NCBI GenBank assembly: GCA_963815195.1
Contig: CAWFGE010000013.1
Span: forward strand, 640,001 to 704,000
Direction of reading: 5' to 3'
Source: an uncultured Planctomycetaceae bacterium
Lineage (GTDB): Bacteria; Planctomycetota; Planctomycetia; Planctomycetales; Planctomycetaceae
DNA: 64,000 nucleotides
In this document: in pieces, positions 20,825 to 30,397 of the stretch
Layout of the letters: each line of letters starts with the position of its first letter
How positions within the stretch are numbered: the first letter of the stretch is position 1
The notes under the pieces: generated by a model
Database searches by the model: none
Told to the model about the DNA's origin: nothing
Seen by the model: only the letters and a program-made list of their open reading frames with translations
Position numbers and translations under genes: made by a program

Positions 20825-21086
20825 ATGCCGGATTCTAGCAAACTCCGGCCAGCGAAGCCAACCCAAGATGACCCGCTTTTTCCCCATCGCTCCGGCCAAT
20901 GGTGCCGGAAAATCAAGGGGCGTTTCTATTGCTTCGGCATTTGGTGAACCGATCCCGATGGCGTCGAGGCCAGGGCCCGCTACGAATGGGAAGCCCCCTC
21001 TCTGCTCAAAGGCCAAACCCGCCGCCGATGGTCGAGGACGAATGCACGGTCGAAAGGCTTTGCAACCGAGAGCTGTCGGCACATAA
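20825..21086 (+). pseudogene. Decayed N-terminal fragment of a probable tyrosine integrase
   Basis: GGAGG RBS; MPDSSKLRPAKPTQDDPLFPHRSGQWCRKIKGRFYCFGIW*TDPDG, then TVERLCN in another frame; resembles from memory planctomycete integrase N-termini; 48 bp from the tRNA. Confidence 0.55.
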
Positions 21087-21232
21087 CCTGGCTGCGTTTC
21101 TTGGCTTTTCTTGCCATCGTCGTTTCCGTCCTGCTCTACGCCATATCGCCGACATTGACCCGCCGTCCGGCGCGCTTGATACTAAAACTGCGTTTTCGAT
21201 TTGCCGAAATCACCCCATTGGGAGGCCAGCCC

Positions 21233-22624
21233 ATGTTCGTCTCGCGACATTCTCCGTTGAAAGGATTCCCCGTCCATTTACTACACAAATTTGCCACATT
21301 CATTCTTGTCCTCGGACCAGCAATTTTGTCAATCGGCCTTTGTAAAACGGGGCTATCGTCGGAAACAAAGCGTGTGCCTAATATCGTGCTGATACTTGCG
21401 GACGACATGGGCTATGCGGACGCGAGCAGCTACGGGAACGACCGCTATCAGACGCCGAACGTCGACCGACTGGCGCGCGAGGGGCTCCGGCTGTTGGATT
21501 ATCATTCGAGCGGCGTCGTGTGCAGTCCCACGCGGGCGGGACTCGTCACCGGGCGCTATCAGCAGCGGGCCGGCGTGCCCGTCGTGATCTCGGCGGCGAA
21601 TCATCGCGACGAAGGATTGGACCCCAGGGAAGTCACCTTCGCCGAACGCTTGAAAGCCGTCGGCTACCACACCGCCGTGATGGGGAAATGGCATCTGGGG
21701 TATCAAGTCAAATTCAACCCGCTCAGGCATGGGTTCGAGCAATTCCGCGGCTACGTCAGCGGGAACGTCGATTATTTTTCGCACATCGATCAAACCGGCG
21801 TCGACGACTGGTGGAACGGCGAGGAACTTGAGAAGGAAGGCGGCTATTCCACGTATCTCATCACCCGGCACGCGGTGAAGTTTATCCGCGAGCATCAGAA
21901 GGAGCCGTTCTGCCTGTATGTGGCGCACGAAGCGCCGCATTATCCCTATCAAGGGCCGCACGACAAACCCGTCCGCACCGTGGGCGGCAAATTCGACAAC
22001 CGGGGCAACCGCAAGGACGAAGCGACTGCGTATGCGGAGATGATGCGGGCGATGGACGCCGGCGTGGGCGAGATTCTGGAGACGCTCAAAGACTGCGGCT
22101 TGGAGAAAGACACGTTTGTGTTTTTCAGCTCAGACAACGGCGGGACGACCCTCGGGAACAACGGAAAACTTCGCGGGCACAAAGGCCAGATGTGGGAAGG
22201 CGGGCACCGCGTGCCGGGCATCGCCTGGTGGCCGGGCAAAATCTCGCCCGGCACGAGCGACGAAACCATCATCTCCCTGGATGTGATGCCCACGCTATTG
22301 GCGATCGCCGGGGCGTCGGTTCCCGAAGGGCATCACCTCGACGGCGTCAATCTTTTGCCGCATTTCCTGGAAGGAAAACCCTTGCCCGAGCGGACGCTGT
22401 TTTGGGAAATGTCCGGGCGGTCGGCGGTTCGCCGGGGCGATTGGAAACTCGTCGTCAATCAAGGCCCGAAAAGAGGCAAGACCAATTCCACGGCGCTTTA
22501 CAATCTCGCCGAGGACGTGGGAGAAGAGCGGGATCTCTCGAAAACCGATCCGCAAATGACCGAAGCGCTCAGGGAGGCTCTCAGGAGTTGGCGGAAAGAC
22601 GTCGAGACGAATCGAGTTCGCTGA
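21233..22624 (+). CDS. Formylglycine-dependent (S1) sulfatase
   Basis: PNIVLILADDMG, CSPTR, GKWHLG, SDNG, WEGGHRVP. Confidence 0.92.
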   Translation: MFVSRHSPLKGFPVHLLHKFATFILVLGPAILSIGLCKTGLSSETKRVPNIVLILADDMGYADASSYGNDRYQTPNVDRLAREGLRLLDYHSSGVVCSPTRAGLVTGRYQQRAGVPVVISAANHRDEGLDPREVTFAERLKAVGYHTAVMGKWHLGYQVKFNPLRHGFEQFRGYVSGNVDYFSHIDQTGVDDWWNGEELEKEGGYSTYLITRHAVKFIREHQKEPFCLYVAHEAPHYPYQGPHDKPVRTVGGKFDNRGNRKDEATAYAEMMRAMDAGVGEILETLKDCGLEKDTFVFFSSDNGGTTLGNNGKLRGHKGQMWEGGHRVPGIAWWPGKISPGTSDETIISLDVMPTLLAIAGASVPEGHHLDGVNLLPHFLEGKPLPERTLFWEMSGRSAVRRGDWKLVVNQGPKRGKTNSTALYNLAEDVGEERDLSKTDPQMTEALREALRSWRKDVETNRVR

Positions 22625-22627
22625 AGG

Positions 22628-23128
22628 CTACCGGTTGAAATTCGAGCGCTCGCACTTGAGGCCGGTGGTTTTTTCGAACTGGGCGACGGTTTCGTTGAGC
22701 GTGTCCTGGCAGTTCCCCTGCCAGGCGAGCACGCGTTTTTCGGTCCGGGTGAGGAGCCACAACCGGAACCGCCCGCCCATCCACGGGAACAGCCAGTCGA
22801 ACACCCAGAACGTAAACAGCGTGCCCACCCCGATGATAAACACCCACAACACGCCGACCGGTTCTTCGATGTCCACGCCCAGCGACTCGATCCGCTTCAG
22901 CCGGTATTTCTGGACTTTGAGGGGCACGAAGCCGACGACGAACTGTTGCTCGAAGCGGTCCTCCCGGAGCCAGCCGATGCGGTAACTGCCGATCATCAGC
23001 GTCCAAAAGATCAACGCAAAGGCTTTCGCTCCCCAGCCAACGCTCGAAAGGAACAACGGCAGCATAAACACCGCCAGAATCCCGGCGCACAGGCCCACGC
23101 GCGGATGGGGCTTGAGTTGGTAATCCAT
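22628..23128 (-). CDS. Hypothetical membrane protein
   Basis: MDYQLKPHPR start, three hydrophobic segments, high-GC3 codon usage. Confidence 0.65.
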   Translation of the reverse strand: MDYQLKPHPRVGLCAGILAVFMLPLFLSSVGWGAKAFALIFWTLMIGSYRIGWLREDRFEQQFVVGFVPLKVQKYRLKRIESLGVDIEEPVGVLWVFIIGVGTLFTFWVFDWLFPWMGGRFRLWLLTRTEKRVLAWQGNCQDTLNETVAQFEKTTGLKCERSNFNR

Positions 23129-23202
23129 ATCGTGTGAACGCAGCGGCGGCGGCGTTGGATCACACGTGGATTCACTTTTTTTCGATCTTCCGGGAATCAT
23201 CG

Positions 23203-23533
23203 TCAAAGGGCGTTGAGCAGGGCCAGGATGAACCAAATCGCAGGCAAGAATAACAAGGTCGTCATCAACGATGCGGCGGCCCATTTGAGTTGGAACGTTA
23301 GCATGTTTGAAAACGCCCAATCGACACCGATGAATACAACACGTGTGACCGTGGGATCCGAAGACGGGATCCACATGCTCCGATCAGGGTTCCGCTTCCG
23401 GTTCGCCCGCTTCAAGGAAAAGCACATCGATGCCTTTGGCTTTGAGTTGCCGGCGAACCGCTTCTTCGTTCTCTCCGCTCTCGTAGCCGTCAACAGGCTT
23501 TCCGTTTCGATGGCCTTGAAAGTAGAAGTTCAT
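23203..23533 (-). CDS. Small hypothetical membrane protein with a PilC/GspF N-terminus-like motif; probable frameshift ~23385
   Basis: MNFYFQGHRNGKPVDGYESGENEEAVRRQLKAKGIDVLFL, then VVFIGVDWAFSNMLTFQLKWAAASL plus a TM segment in another frame. Confidence 0.45.
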
Positions 23534-23632
23534 TGGCGGTTTTTTACTCCGTCCTATTGACAATTCAATTTTCGCCCCGTCAGAGTATAGGCTCTGTCCG
23601 GTGTGTTTCTCAATAGCAACGAGACGCCTGCA

Positions 23633-23933
23633 GCAAAAGGATTTAGGGCCGAAGGCCCGGCGCTATGTCAGCCCAGGCCAAGCGCAGCGCCGGCCTGGGT
23701 TACGGATGATGAACCAAACAAAAGCCCCAACGGGGCGGCCCGATAAACCAATCCGTGGCGAGGGTCCTCATCCACGTTGCGTTCTCCGCCAAGTCTCGCG
23801 AAGCATGGCTGAAGGATTGCGAATCGGGATTCCATTAGGGCCGCCCCGCTGGGGCTTTTTCGTTTTGCTCGTTCCCGTTCCCCAGGACTGTGTCCTGGGC
23901 TGACATAGAGCCGGACCTTCGGTCCTTTTTCCG
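23633..23933. repeat. Nested palindromic REPIN/MITE-like element (family F, copy 1)
   Basis: AGGGCCGAAGGCCCGG..CTATGTCAGCCCAGG / CCTGGGCTGACATAG..CCGGACCTTCGGTCCT; inner AAGCCCCAACGGGGCGGCCC / GGGCCGCCCCGCTGGGGCTT. Confidence 0.85.
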
Positions 23934-24067
23934 TCATATGGAATCGTGCAAATCCCGCATGCTGATTTAGTCAACTTACCGCAACATGGGGAGCGGTTGG
24001 CGACATTGAGGAATATGTGAGGGTGCAATGACCCTAAACATCGCATCGGCACTCCGCTCGGCCCCGT

Positions 24068-24583
24068 TTACTTCCGCGCATTCTTGGCGAGCAGCGGGGC
24101 GATAATTTGCGGGGGGACGAAGTCTTTGAGCAGGCGGCCGCCGTCTTCGCCGCCCATCTGGGCGATTTGCTTGATGAGCGTGCTGGAGATGTGGGTGTAT
24201 TTTTCGCTGGACATCAGGAACACGGTTTCCAGGTCCGGGGCGAGCACGTGGTTGGCCAGGGACATCGTGAATTCGGATTCGATGTCGGTCAGCGTCCGCA
24301 TGCCTCGGAGCATGACCTTCGCCCCGCACTCGTGGACGAACCGCACGGCCAGCCCGGTGAATGTCGTGACCTCGATGTTGTTGTGATCCGAAAACACCTC
24401 CCGCATCAGTTCCATGCGTTCCTCGGGGCTGAACAGCGGGGTCTTTTCGGGATTGATCCCGATGCCCACGGTCAGCTTGCTGAAAATGCTCGCGCCCCGA
24501 TGGATGATGTCCACATGCCCCAGCGTGACCGGATCGAAGCTTCCCACATAGACGGCATGTTTGGGATCGAGAAACGCAGCCAT
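24068..24583 (-). CDS. coaD: Pantetheine-phosphate adenylyltransferase
   Basis: YVGSFDPVTLGHVDII, RGMR, ISSTLIK. Confidence 0.95.
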   Translation of the reverse strand: MAAFLDPKHAVYVGSFDPVTLGHVDIIHRGASIFSKLTVGIGINPEKTPLFSPEERMELMREVFSDHNNIEVTTFTGLAVRFVHECGAKVMLRGMRTLTDIESEFTMSLANHVLAPDLETVFLMSSEKYTHISSTLIKQIAQMGGEDGGRLLKDFVPPQIIAPLLAKNARK

Positions 24584-24896
24584 GAAACGCTCGCCGAGTT
24601 GAAATCGAGTATCGCGAAGAGACACTTTGCTGCCAGTTTGACAGAACCAATCCAGACCGACAAGTCTGCGGGGCGGCTGTCAAAGTGACAGACCGCGGGA
24701 GAATCCCTATTCCAATAGCGTTGGAGGTTTGTTTACTCAAGTTATTACCGTTAAATAGCTTATGATGATTTCCGTCTCATCCGCCTCCGGTGAATCCGCG
24801 ATATTCAAGTCGCGGCATGCGGTTTGCACTACCATTCTTGGTACACACATATCCTACTGTTTTCGCCGGAGTGATTCTGAGGGAGAAACGCTTCCC

Positions 24897-25343
24897 ATGC
24901 CGATTTTTCGTTGGGGACATTCTTGGAATACATTTCGCGATCTGGAGCGCGAGGTGGATCGCTTGCTCCAGGGCGTGACGCTCGCGTTTCCGGGCGTCAG
25001 GTTGGGACAGCCTTACCCGGCGATGAATTTGTACGAATGCGAGCGGGAGTTCTTGCTGACGGCCGAACTGCCCGGCATCCGCTCCGAGGATCTCGAATTG
25101 ACGATCGCCGGCGGCATGCTGACAATTAAGGGGACGCGCAACGATTCCCCCGAAATTCCCGAAGAGCGGTTCCGCCGTAGCGAACGGTTCCGCGGATCCT
25201 GGCAGCGGACGATCGCGATTCCCGACCGCATCAAAGACGAGGAACTCTCGGCGGAATTCAACAACGGGATCTTAAAAATCCATCTGCCCAAGGCCGAGGA
25301 ACTCAGGCCCCGGCAAATTCCCGTCGTGGAGGGGAACGAATAA
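24897..25343 (+). CDS. Hsp20/alpha-crystallin small heat-shock protein
   Basis: YPAMNLYE, AELPG, RSERFRG, AEFNNGILKIHLPK. Confidence 0.93.
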   Translation: MPIFRWGHSWNTFRDLEREVDRLLQGVTLAFPGVRLGQPYPAMNLYECEREFLLTAELPGIRSEDLELTIAGGMLTIKGTRNDSPEIPEERFRRSERFRGSWQRTIAIPDRIKDEELSAEFNNGILKIHLPKAEELRPRQIPVVEGNE

Positions 25344-25813
25344 TGGAGCAGGAAACCAACACCAACCCTTCGATGAACGAACCAGAACCGGCGGCCGAAC
25401 CCGGCGAAGAGCAAGGCCAACTCGTGCCGCAGACCTCGGCGGAGGAGGATTCGATCTATTCGCGGGCCGAAGCCTCGAAGCGGATGCTGTTCAAGCCGCC
25501 GATCGACATTTACGAAACCGACGAGGGCCTCGTGCTTTTGGCGGATTTGCCCGGCGTGTCGGTGGACACCTTGGAGCTTCAAGTCCAAAACAATAAGCTC
25601 ACCCTGTTCGGCCGCGTGAAATTGCCCGTGGGAGAGGATGCGGAACTCCGGCACGGCGAGTATCATGAAGGGGATTACCTCAGGTCGTTCATCCTCAGCG
25701 AAGAAGTCGATTACGACCGCATCAAAGCCACGCTCAACAACGGCGTGCTCAAGGTGGACCTGCCCAAAGCCCAAAAAGCGGAGCCCCGCCGGATTCAAGT
25801 GCAGACGGATTGA
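25343..25813 (+). CDS. Hsp20/alpha-crystallin small heat-shock protein
   Basis: PPIDIYE, ADLPGV, ATLNNGVLKVDLPK; TAATG coupling to the upstream gene. Confidence 0.93.
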   Translation: MEQETNTNPSMNEPEPAAEPGEEQGQLVPQTSAEEDSIYSRAEASKRMLFKPPIDIYETDEGLVLLADLPGVSVDTLELQVQNNKLTLFGRVKLPVGEDAELRHGEYHEGDYLRSFILSEEVDYDRIKATLNNGVLKVDLPKAQKAEPRRIQVQTD

Positions 25814-25956
25814 CGTGCGAAAGGCAGATTAAGATTAACTCAAGCGGTAAGCGGTTGGGTGGCCGGGGCGCAGATTCCTTTATGAATAAAGTGAGGCAAG
25901 CGAATTGCTGGGGCGATGAATGCATTTCTTTGCCCCCTAACCGCCTTATAGTTTGA

Positions 25957-25988
25957 GGATTAAGATTACGATTAAGATTAAGATTAAG
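25957..25988. repeat. GATTAA hexamer tandem repeat
   Basis: GATTAAGATTACGATTAAGATTAAGATTAAG; two further units near 25827. Confidence 0.7.
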
Positions 25989-26049
25989 AAACTTAGAAGA
26001 TGGGCGAATTTAACCCGTATCCGTTCCGCGAGATGAGGAGAGAGTAACC

Positions 26050-26553
26050 ATGACCGACAGCGAAACCCGCGGCGAAGGGCCTTTGACTTCTTCGCTCGAA
26101 CGGATGCGGCAGGAACTCGACCGCTGGATTGAATCCGCCCGCTCCCAAGGCAACCGGGCACTCGATGCCTTCAACTTTCGGGGCGAGCACAAAGTCCTGC
26201 CCCGGCTCGATCTCATCGAAACCGACGATGACATCCGCGTGGTCGTCGATTTGCCCGGCATCGATCCGCACCTGATCAGCGTCTCCATCATTGGGAACAT
26301 GCTGACCATCAAAGGCCACAAGCCGCCCACGCCGGCCCAGGCCGACCAGACGGTGCATCTCAACGAACGTGCGCAAGGCGAATTTGAACGCTCGGTCCCC
26401 ATGCCCGCGCCCGTCAATCCGGAGGAAATTTCCGCCGAGTCCAAAAACGGCGTGTTGACGGTGCGGCTGATGAAGTCCGAACGCGCCAAATCCCGCCAGA
26501 TTCAAGTGAAATCCACCGACGCGAGCGAAGGCGGCGGATCCCCTGCAACGTAG
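26050..26553 (+). CDS. Hsp20/alpha-crystallin small heat-shock protein
   Basis: PRLDLIE, VDLPG, ERAQGEFER, AESKNGVLTV. Confidence 0.92.
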   Translation: MTDSETRGEGPLTSSLERMRQELDRWIESARSQGNRALDAFNFRGEHKVLPRLDLIETDDDIRVVVDLPGIDPHLISVSIIGNMLTIKGHKPPTPAQADQTVHLNERAQGEFERSVPMPAPVNPEEISAESKNGVLTVRLMKSERAKSRQIQVKSTDASEGGGSPAT

Positions 26554-26675
26554 CGGCGGCATCTTTCCGCCGTGAAACGGCTCGGCGGCTGGAAGTCGTC
26601 GCTAGCGTCCCGGACAAAAATCCTCCGGCGAGCCTCGGACTCGATCCCTTCCCTCAACCGCCGGGAGAGACCAAC

Positions 26676-28193
26676 ATGCTTGAACACATCCTGGAACGCC
26701 TGGGACTCCGCGAAAACAACAGCGGCGTGTTCGCCGGGGAATGGCTGACTCCCGCCGGCGGAGAGATCGAATCCCAGAACCCCGCCACCGGCGAAGTGCT
26801 CGCCCGGATCGAGACCGCTTCGCGGGAAGACTACGAAGAAGTCGTCGGCCGGGCGGAGGAATCTTTTCGCACCTGGCGAAACCTGCCCGCGCCGGCTCGC
26901 GGCGAGATTGTCCGCCAAATCGGTCTGGCTCTCCGCGAGCACCAGCGCGAGTTGGGGCTGCTCGTTACCTACGAAGTCGGCAAGATCAAAAGCGAAGGCG
27001 TGGGCGAAGTCCAGGAGATGATCGATATGTGCGACTTCGCCGTCGGCCTCTCCCGGCAGCTCTACGGGCTGACCATCGCCAGCGAACGCGCCAACCACCG
27101 CATGATGGAGCAATGGCATCCGCTCGGCCCGGTGGGGATTATCACGGCGTTCAATTTTCCGGTCGCGGTCTGGGCTTGGAACGCCGCCGTCGCCGCGGTC
27201 TCGGGAGATGTCTGCGTCTGGAAGCCCGCGCCGCAGGCCCCGCTGACGGCGATCGCGGTGCAGCGGATCGTCAACTCCGTCACCACGCACTATAATGTCG
27301 AAGGCGTGTTCAGCCTGTGCATCGGCGAAGAGGCCTCCGCGGGCGAATGGATCGCGGAAGACCCGCGGTTCCCGCTCGTCTCGGCCACGGGCAGTTGCCG
27401 GATGGGCCGGAGCGTCGGCGCGACGGTCGCGGCTCGATTGGGGCGGTCGCTGTTGGAGCTCGGCGGCAACAATGGGGCGATCATCTCCGACAAGGCCGAC
27501 CTCGATCTCGCGCTCCGGGCCGTGGTCTTCGCGGCCGTGGGCACCGCAGGGCAAAGGTGCACTTCGCTTCGCCGATTATTTCTGCACGAGGCGATCGCGG
27601 ATGATTTTCTGACCCGGCTCAAATCCGCGTACGACAGCATCCGCATCGGCGACCCCTGGGATGAGGCGACTCTTATGGGGCCGTTGATCGAAGAACGCGC
27701 GGTCCAAACCATGATGGCCGCTTTGGACGCCGCGCCGGATCAGGGCGGGGAAATCGTCTTCGGCGGCAAGACGATCGACCGCCGGGGCTACTTCGTGGAG
27801 CCGACGATCGTGCGGGCTCAGCCCGAGATGCCACTCCTCCAGGAGGAAACCTTCGCCCCGATTCTGTACGTCATCCCCTACCGCGACCTGCACGAGGCGA
27901 TCGCCTGGCACAACGGCGTCTCGCAGGGGCTGTCGTCGGCGATCTTCTCGAACGACCTCCGCGAAGCCGAGCGGTTCCTCTCGCCCGCCGGCAGCGACTG
28001 CGGGATCGCCAACGTCAACATCGGCACGTCCGGCGCGGAGATCGGCGGAGCCTTCGGCGGCGAAAAAGACACCGGCGGCGGCCGCGAAGCCGGCTCCGAT
28101 TCCTGGAAAGCCTACATGCGCCGCCAAACCTGCACCATCAACTACGGCAGCGAACTCCCTCTTGCCCAGGGCATCAAGTTCGACGTGATCTGA
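26676..28193 (+). CDS. Aldehyde dehydrogenase, ALDH7 / piperideine-6-carboxylate dehydrogenase-like
   Basis: GEVQEMIDMCDFAVGLSRQL, LELGGNN, GTAGQRCT, GAEIGGAFGGEK. Confidence 0.92.
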   Translation: MLEHILERLGLRENNSGVFAGEWLTPAGGEIESQNPATGEVLARIETASREDYEEVVGRAEESFRTWRNLPAPARGEIVRQIGLALREHQRELGLLVTYEVGKIKSEGVGEVQEMIDMCDFAVGLSRQLYGLTIASERANHRMMEQWHPLGPVGIITAFNFPVAVWAWNAAVAAVSGDVCVWKPAPQAPLTAIAVQRIVNSVTTHYNVEGVFSLCIGEEASAGEWIAEDPRFPLVSATGSCRMGRSVGATVAARLGRSLLELGGNNGAIISDKADLDLALRAVVFAAVGTAGQRCTSLRRLFLHEAIADDFLTRLKSAYDSIRIGDPWDEATLMGPLIEERAVQTMMAALDAAPDQGGEIVFGGKTIDRRGYFVEPTIVRAQPEMPLLQEETFAPILYVIPYRDLHEAIAWHNGVSQGLSSAIFSNDLREAERFLSPAGSDCGIANVNIGTSGAEIGGAFGGEKDTGGGREAGSDSWKAYMRRQTCTINYGSELPLAQGIKFDVI

Positions 28194-28204
28194 GGCAACG
28201 GCCC

Positions 28205-28567
28205 ATGAAACTCTCCCTTATCATTGGAAGCGCGTTCCTGCTGATCGGAGCCGTCCTATTCCTGGCCGCCCCCATAATCCCACTCTTCGCTGACATGCCG
28301 CCCTCGACGCCGAAATATCCCATCAGTTCCCTTTACGAGGATTTTCAACCGAACGGCATGGAAGAAGAATCGCACGAATCGTGGCTCATGTTTTCTCCCC
28401 CGCTAATGCTCGATTATCCCATTCTCGAAATAGAAACCCGGAACGTGCTCGTGGGAACGCTTTTGATGGTCTCGGGAGCTTTCATTGCCCGCGGCAAAGC
28501 CGAATTGGCGCCGCGCAGTAGTTCCAAATCTCGTGTGATTGTGGTGCAACCGTCCGGGCTGCATTAA
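28205..28567 (+). CDS. Hypothetical protein with two hydrophobic segments
   Basis: ATG 11 bp after the ALDH stop; N-terminal and late TM-like segments. Confidence 0.5.
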   Translation: MKLSLIIGSAFLLIGAVLFLAAPIIPLFADMPPSTPKYPISSLYEDFQPNGMEEESHESWLMFSPPLMLDYPILEIETRNVLVGTLLMVSGAFIARGKAELAPRSSSKSRVIVVQPSGLH

Positions 28568-28674
28568 GCAGACGAGAGGCCTTCGGCCAAAAAACACAGA
28601 AGCCAACCAGACGTGCGAGCGTTATAAGACCCTTAAAGTTTGTTAAAAGAAAAGAACCACAAAAGGCAGGCCTC

Positions 28675-30306
28675 ATGGAAAACACGATGGAAAAAATCGT
28701 CAGCCTCTGCAAACGGCGGGGGTTTATTTTTCAGTCGTCCGACATCTACGGCGGCATTCAGGGATTCTGGGATTACGGCCCCTTGGGCACCGAGCTCAAG
28801 CGAAACGTCCGCGAAGCGTGGTACCGCGACATGGTCACGAACCACGATGAACTCGCGGTCCCCACAGGCGCCCCGCAGTCGTTCCAGATGGTCGGTCTCG
28901 AAAGCTCAATCATCATGCACCCGCAGGTCTGGAAATGCTCCGGGCATTACGATTTGTTCCACGACATGAAGGTCGATTGCAAAGCGTGCAAGTCACGGTT
29001 TCGTGCGGATCACATTACAGTCATTGAGCTTCGGGTTGACTCTTTTTCCGCGGACGGACAGAGCTATCTTTTTGCCGGAATCGGAACAGCTGAGGAAGTA
29101 AAACAAATCCACGCCGCAGCTATTAAGAAACTGAGCAAGAATCAAAATGATGTGTCAATCATTGAGTCTGGTGGTTATTTGGACTTAAAGCCAGATGCTC
29201 GCGCAAAAATCGCTTGTCCCGAATGTGGACAGGTCGGTCACTTCACCGAACCTCGCGAATTTAATCTCATGCTCGAATCGAACACGGGAGCCGTTCAAGA
29301 TGATTCCAGCCGCGTCTTTCTCCGGCCGGAGACCGCCCAGGGCATGTTCGTCAATTTCAAGAACGTGTTGGACAGCAGCCGCGTAAAAATTCCCTTCGGC
29401 ATTGCCCAGATCGGCAAGAGCTTCCGCAACGAAATCACGCCGCGAAACTTCACATTTCGCTCCCGCGAGTTCGAGCAGATGGAAATGGAGTTCTTCTGCC
29501 ATCCCAGCGAATCCCGCCAATGGTACGAATACTGGCGGGATCGGCGGTACAACTGGTACGTCAACCTGGGCATCACCAGCGAGAATTTGATCCTCCGCGA
29601 TCACGCGGCGGACGAGCTTTCCCACTATTCGGTCGGCACGGCGGATGTGGAGTATGCGTTTCCATTTTTGAACCCCGGCGAATATGGCGAACTCGAAGGC
29701 ATTGCCCACCGGGGGGATTTCGATCTGAGATCCCATCAGCACGGCAAGCTGATCCGCGATCCCAACACGGGGGAGCTTGTCGTGGAAACCGATGCCGAGG
29801 GCAAACCCAAGTACCGGGGCAGCGGCAAGGATTTGACGTACTTCGACGACCAGACCCGCGAGCGGTTCGCTCCGCACGTCATCGAACCGGCCGCGGGGGC
29901 CGACCGCGCGACCTTGGCGTTTCTCTGCGAAGCGTACGCCGAGGATGAGCAACCGGACCACGAAGGCAAAACGAAGACCCGCGTCGTGATGCGGCTGCAT
30001 CCCAAGCTGGCTCCGGTGAAAGTCGCGGTGTTTCCGCTGCTCAAGAAAGCCGGCATGCCGGAGAAAGCGGCCGAGGCCTATTACGCCCTCCGCGAAGCGG
30101 GCATCGCCTGCCAGTTCGACCAGCAGGGGTCCATCGGCAAACGCTACAGCCGGCAGGATGAAATCGGCACGCCGTTCTGCATCACCATCGACGGCGACAC
30201 GCTGGACGACGGCACCGTGACCATCCGCGACCGCGACACGCTCTCGCAGGACCGCGTGCCCATCGATCGCGTCGTAAACGAAGTGCAACAACGCCTTAAG
30301 GAATGA
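28675..30306 (+). CDS. glyQS: Glycine--tRNA ligase (alpha2 type)
   Basis: LCKRRGF, LRPETAQG, FRNEITP, REFEQME, HVIEP, SIGKRY..QDEIGTP. Confidence 0.96.
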   Translation: MENTMEKIVSLCKRRGFIFQSSDIYGGIQGFWDYGPLGTELKRNVREAWYRDMVTNHDELAVPTGAPQSFQMVGLESSIIMHPQVWKCSGHYDLFHDMKVDCKACKSRFRADHITVIELRVDSFSADGQSYLFAGIGTAEEVKQIHAAAIKKLSKNQNDVSIIESGGYLDLKPDARAKIACPECGQVGHFTEPREFNLMLESNTGAVQDDSSRVFLRPETAQGMFVNFKNVLDSSRVKIPFGIAQIGKSFRNEITPRNFTFRSREFEQMEMEFFCHPSESRQWYEYWRDRRYNWYVNLGITSENLILRDHAADELSHYSVGTADVEYAFPFLNPGEYGELEGIAHRGDFDLRSHQHGKLIRDPNTGELVVETDAEGKPKYRGSGKDLTYFDDQTRERFAPHVIEPAAGADRATLAFLCEAYAEDEQPDHEGKTKTRVVMRLHPKLAPVKVAVFPLLKKAGMPEKAAEAYYALREAGIACQFDQQGSIGKRYSRQDEIGTPFCITIDGDTLDDGTVTIRDRDTLSQDRVPIDRVVNEVQQRLKE

Positions 30307-30307
30307 T

Positions 30308-30381
30308 GTTGAGGTTAGAGGATAGCGGATAGAGGTTAGACGAGGGTGATGGTTTCTATCCTCCATCCTCCATCCTACATC
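30308..30381. repeat. Inverted heptamer arrays (TAGAGGA-like then TCCATCC-like) with no cargo
   Basis: TAGAGGA TAGCGGA TAGAGGT ... TCTATCC TCCATCC TCCATCC. Confidence 0.6.
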
Positions 30382-30397
30382 ATTCGCACATAGAGCC

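Noticed and set aside
28975..29235. Intein in GlyRS
   Set aside because: Too short and lacks the C-terminal His-Asn splice motif; it sits in a known variable region.
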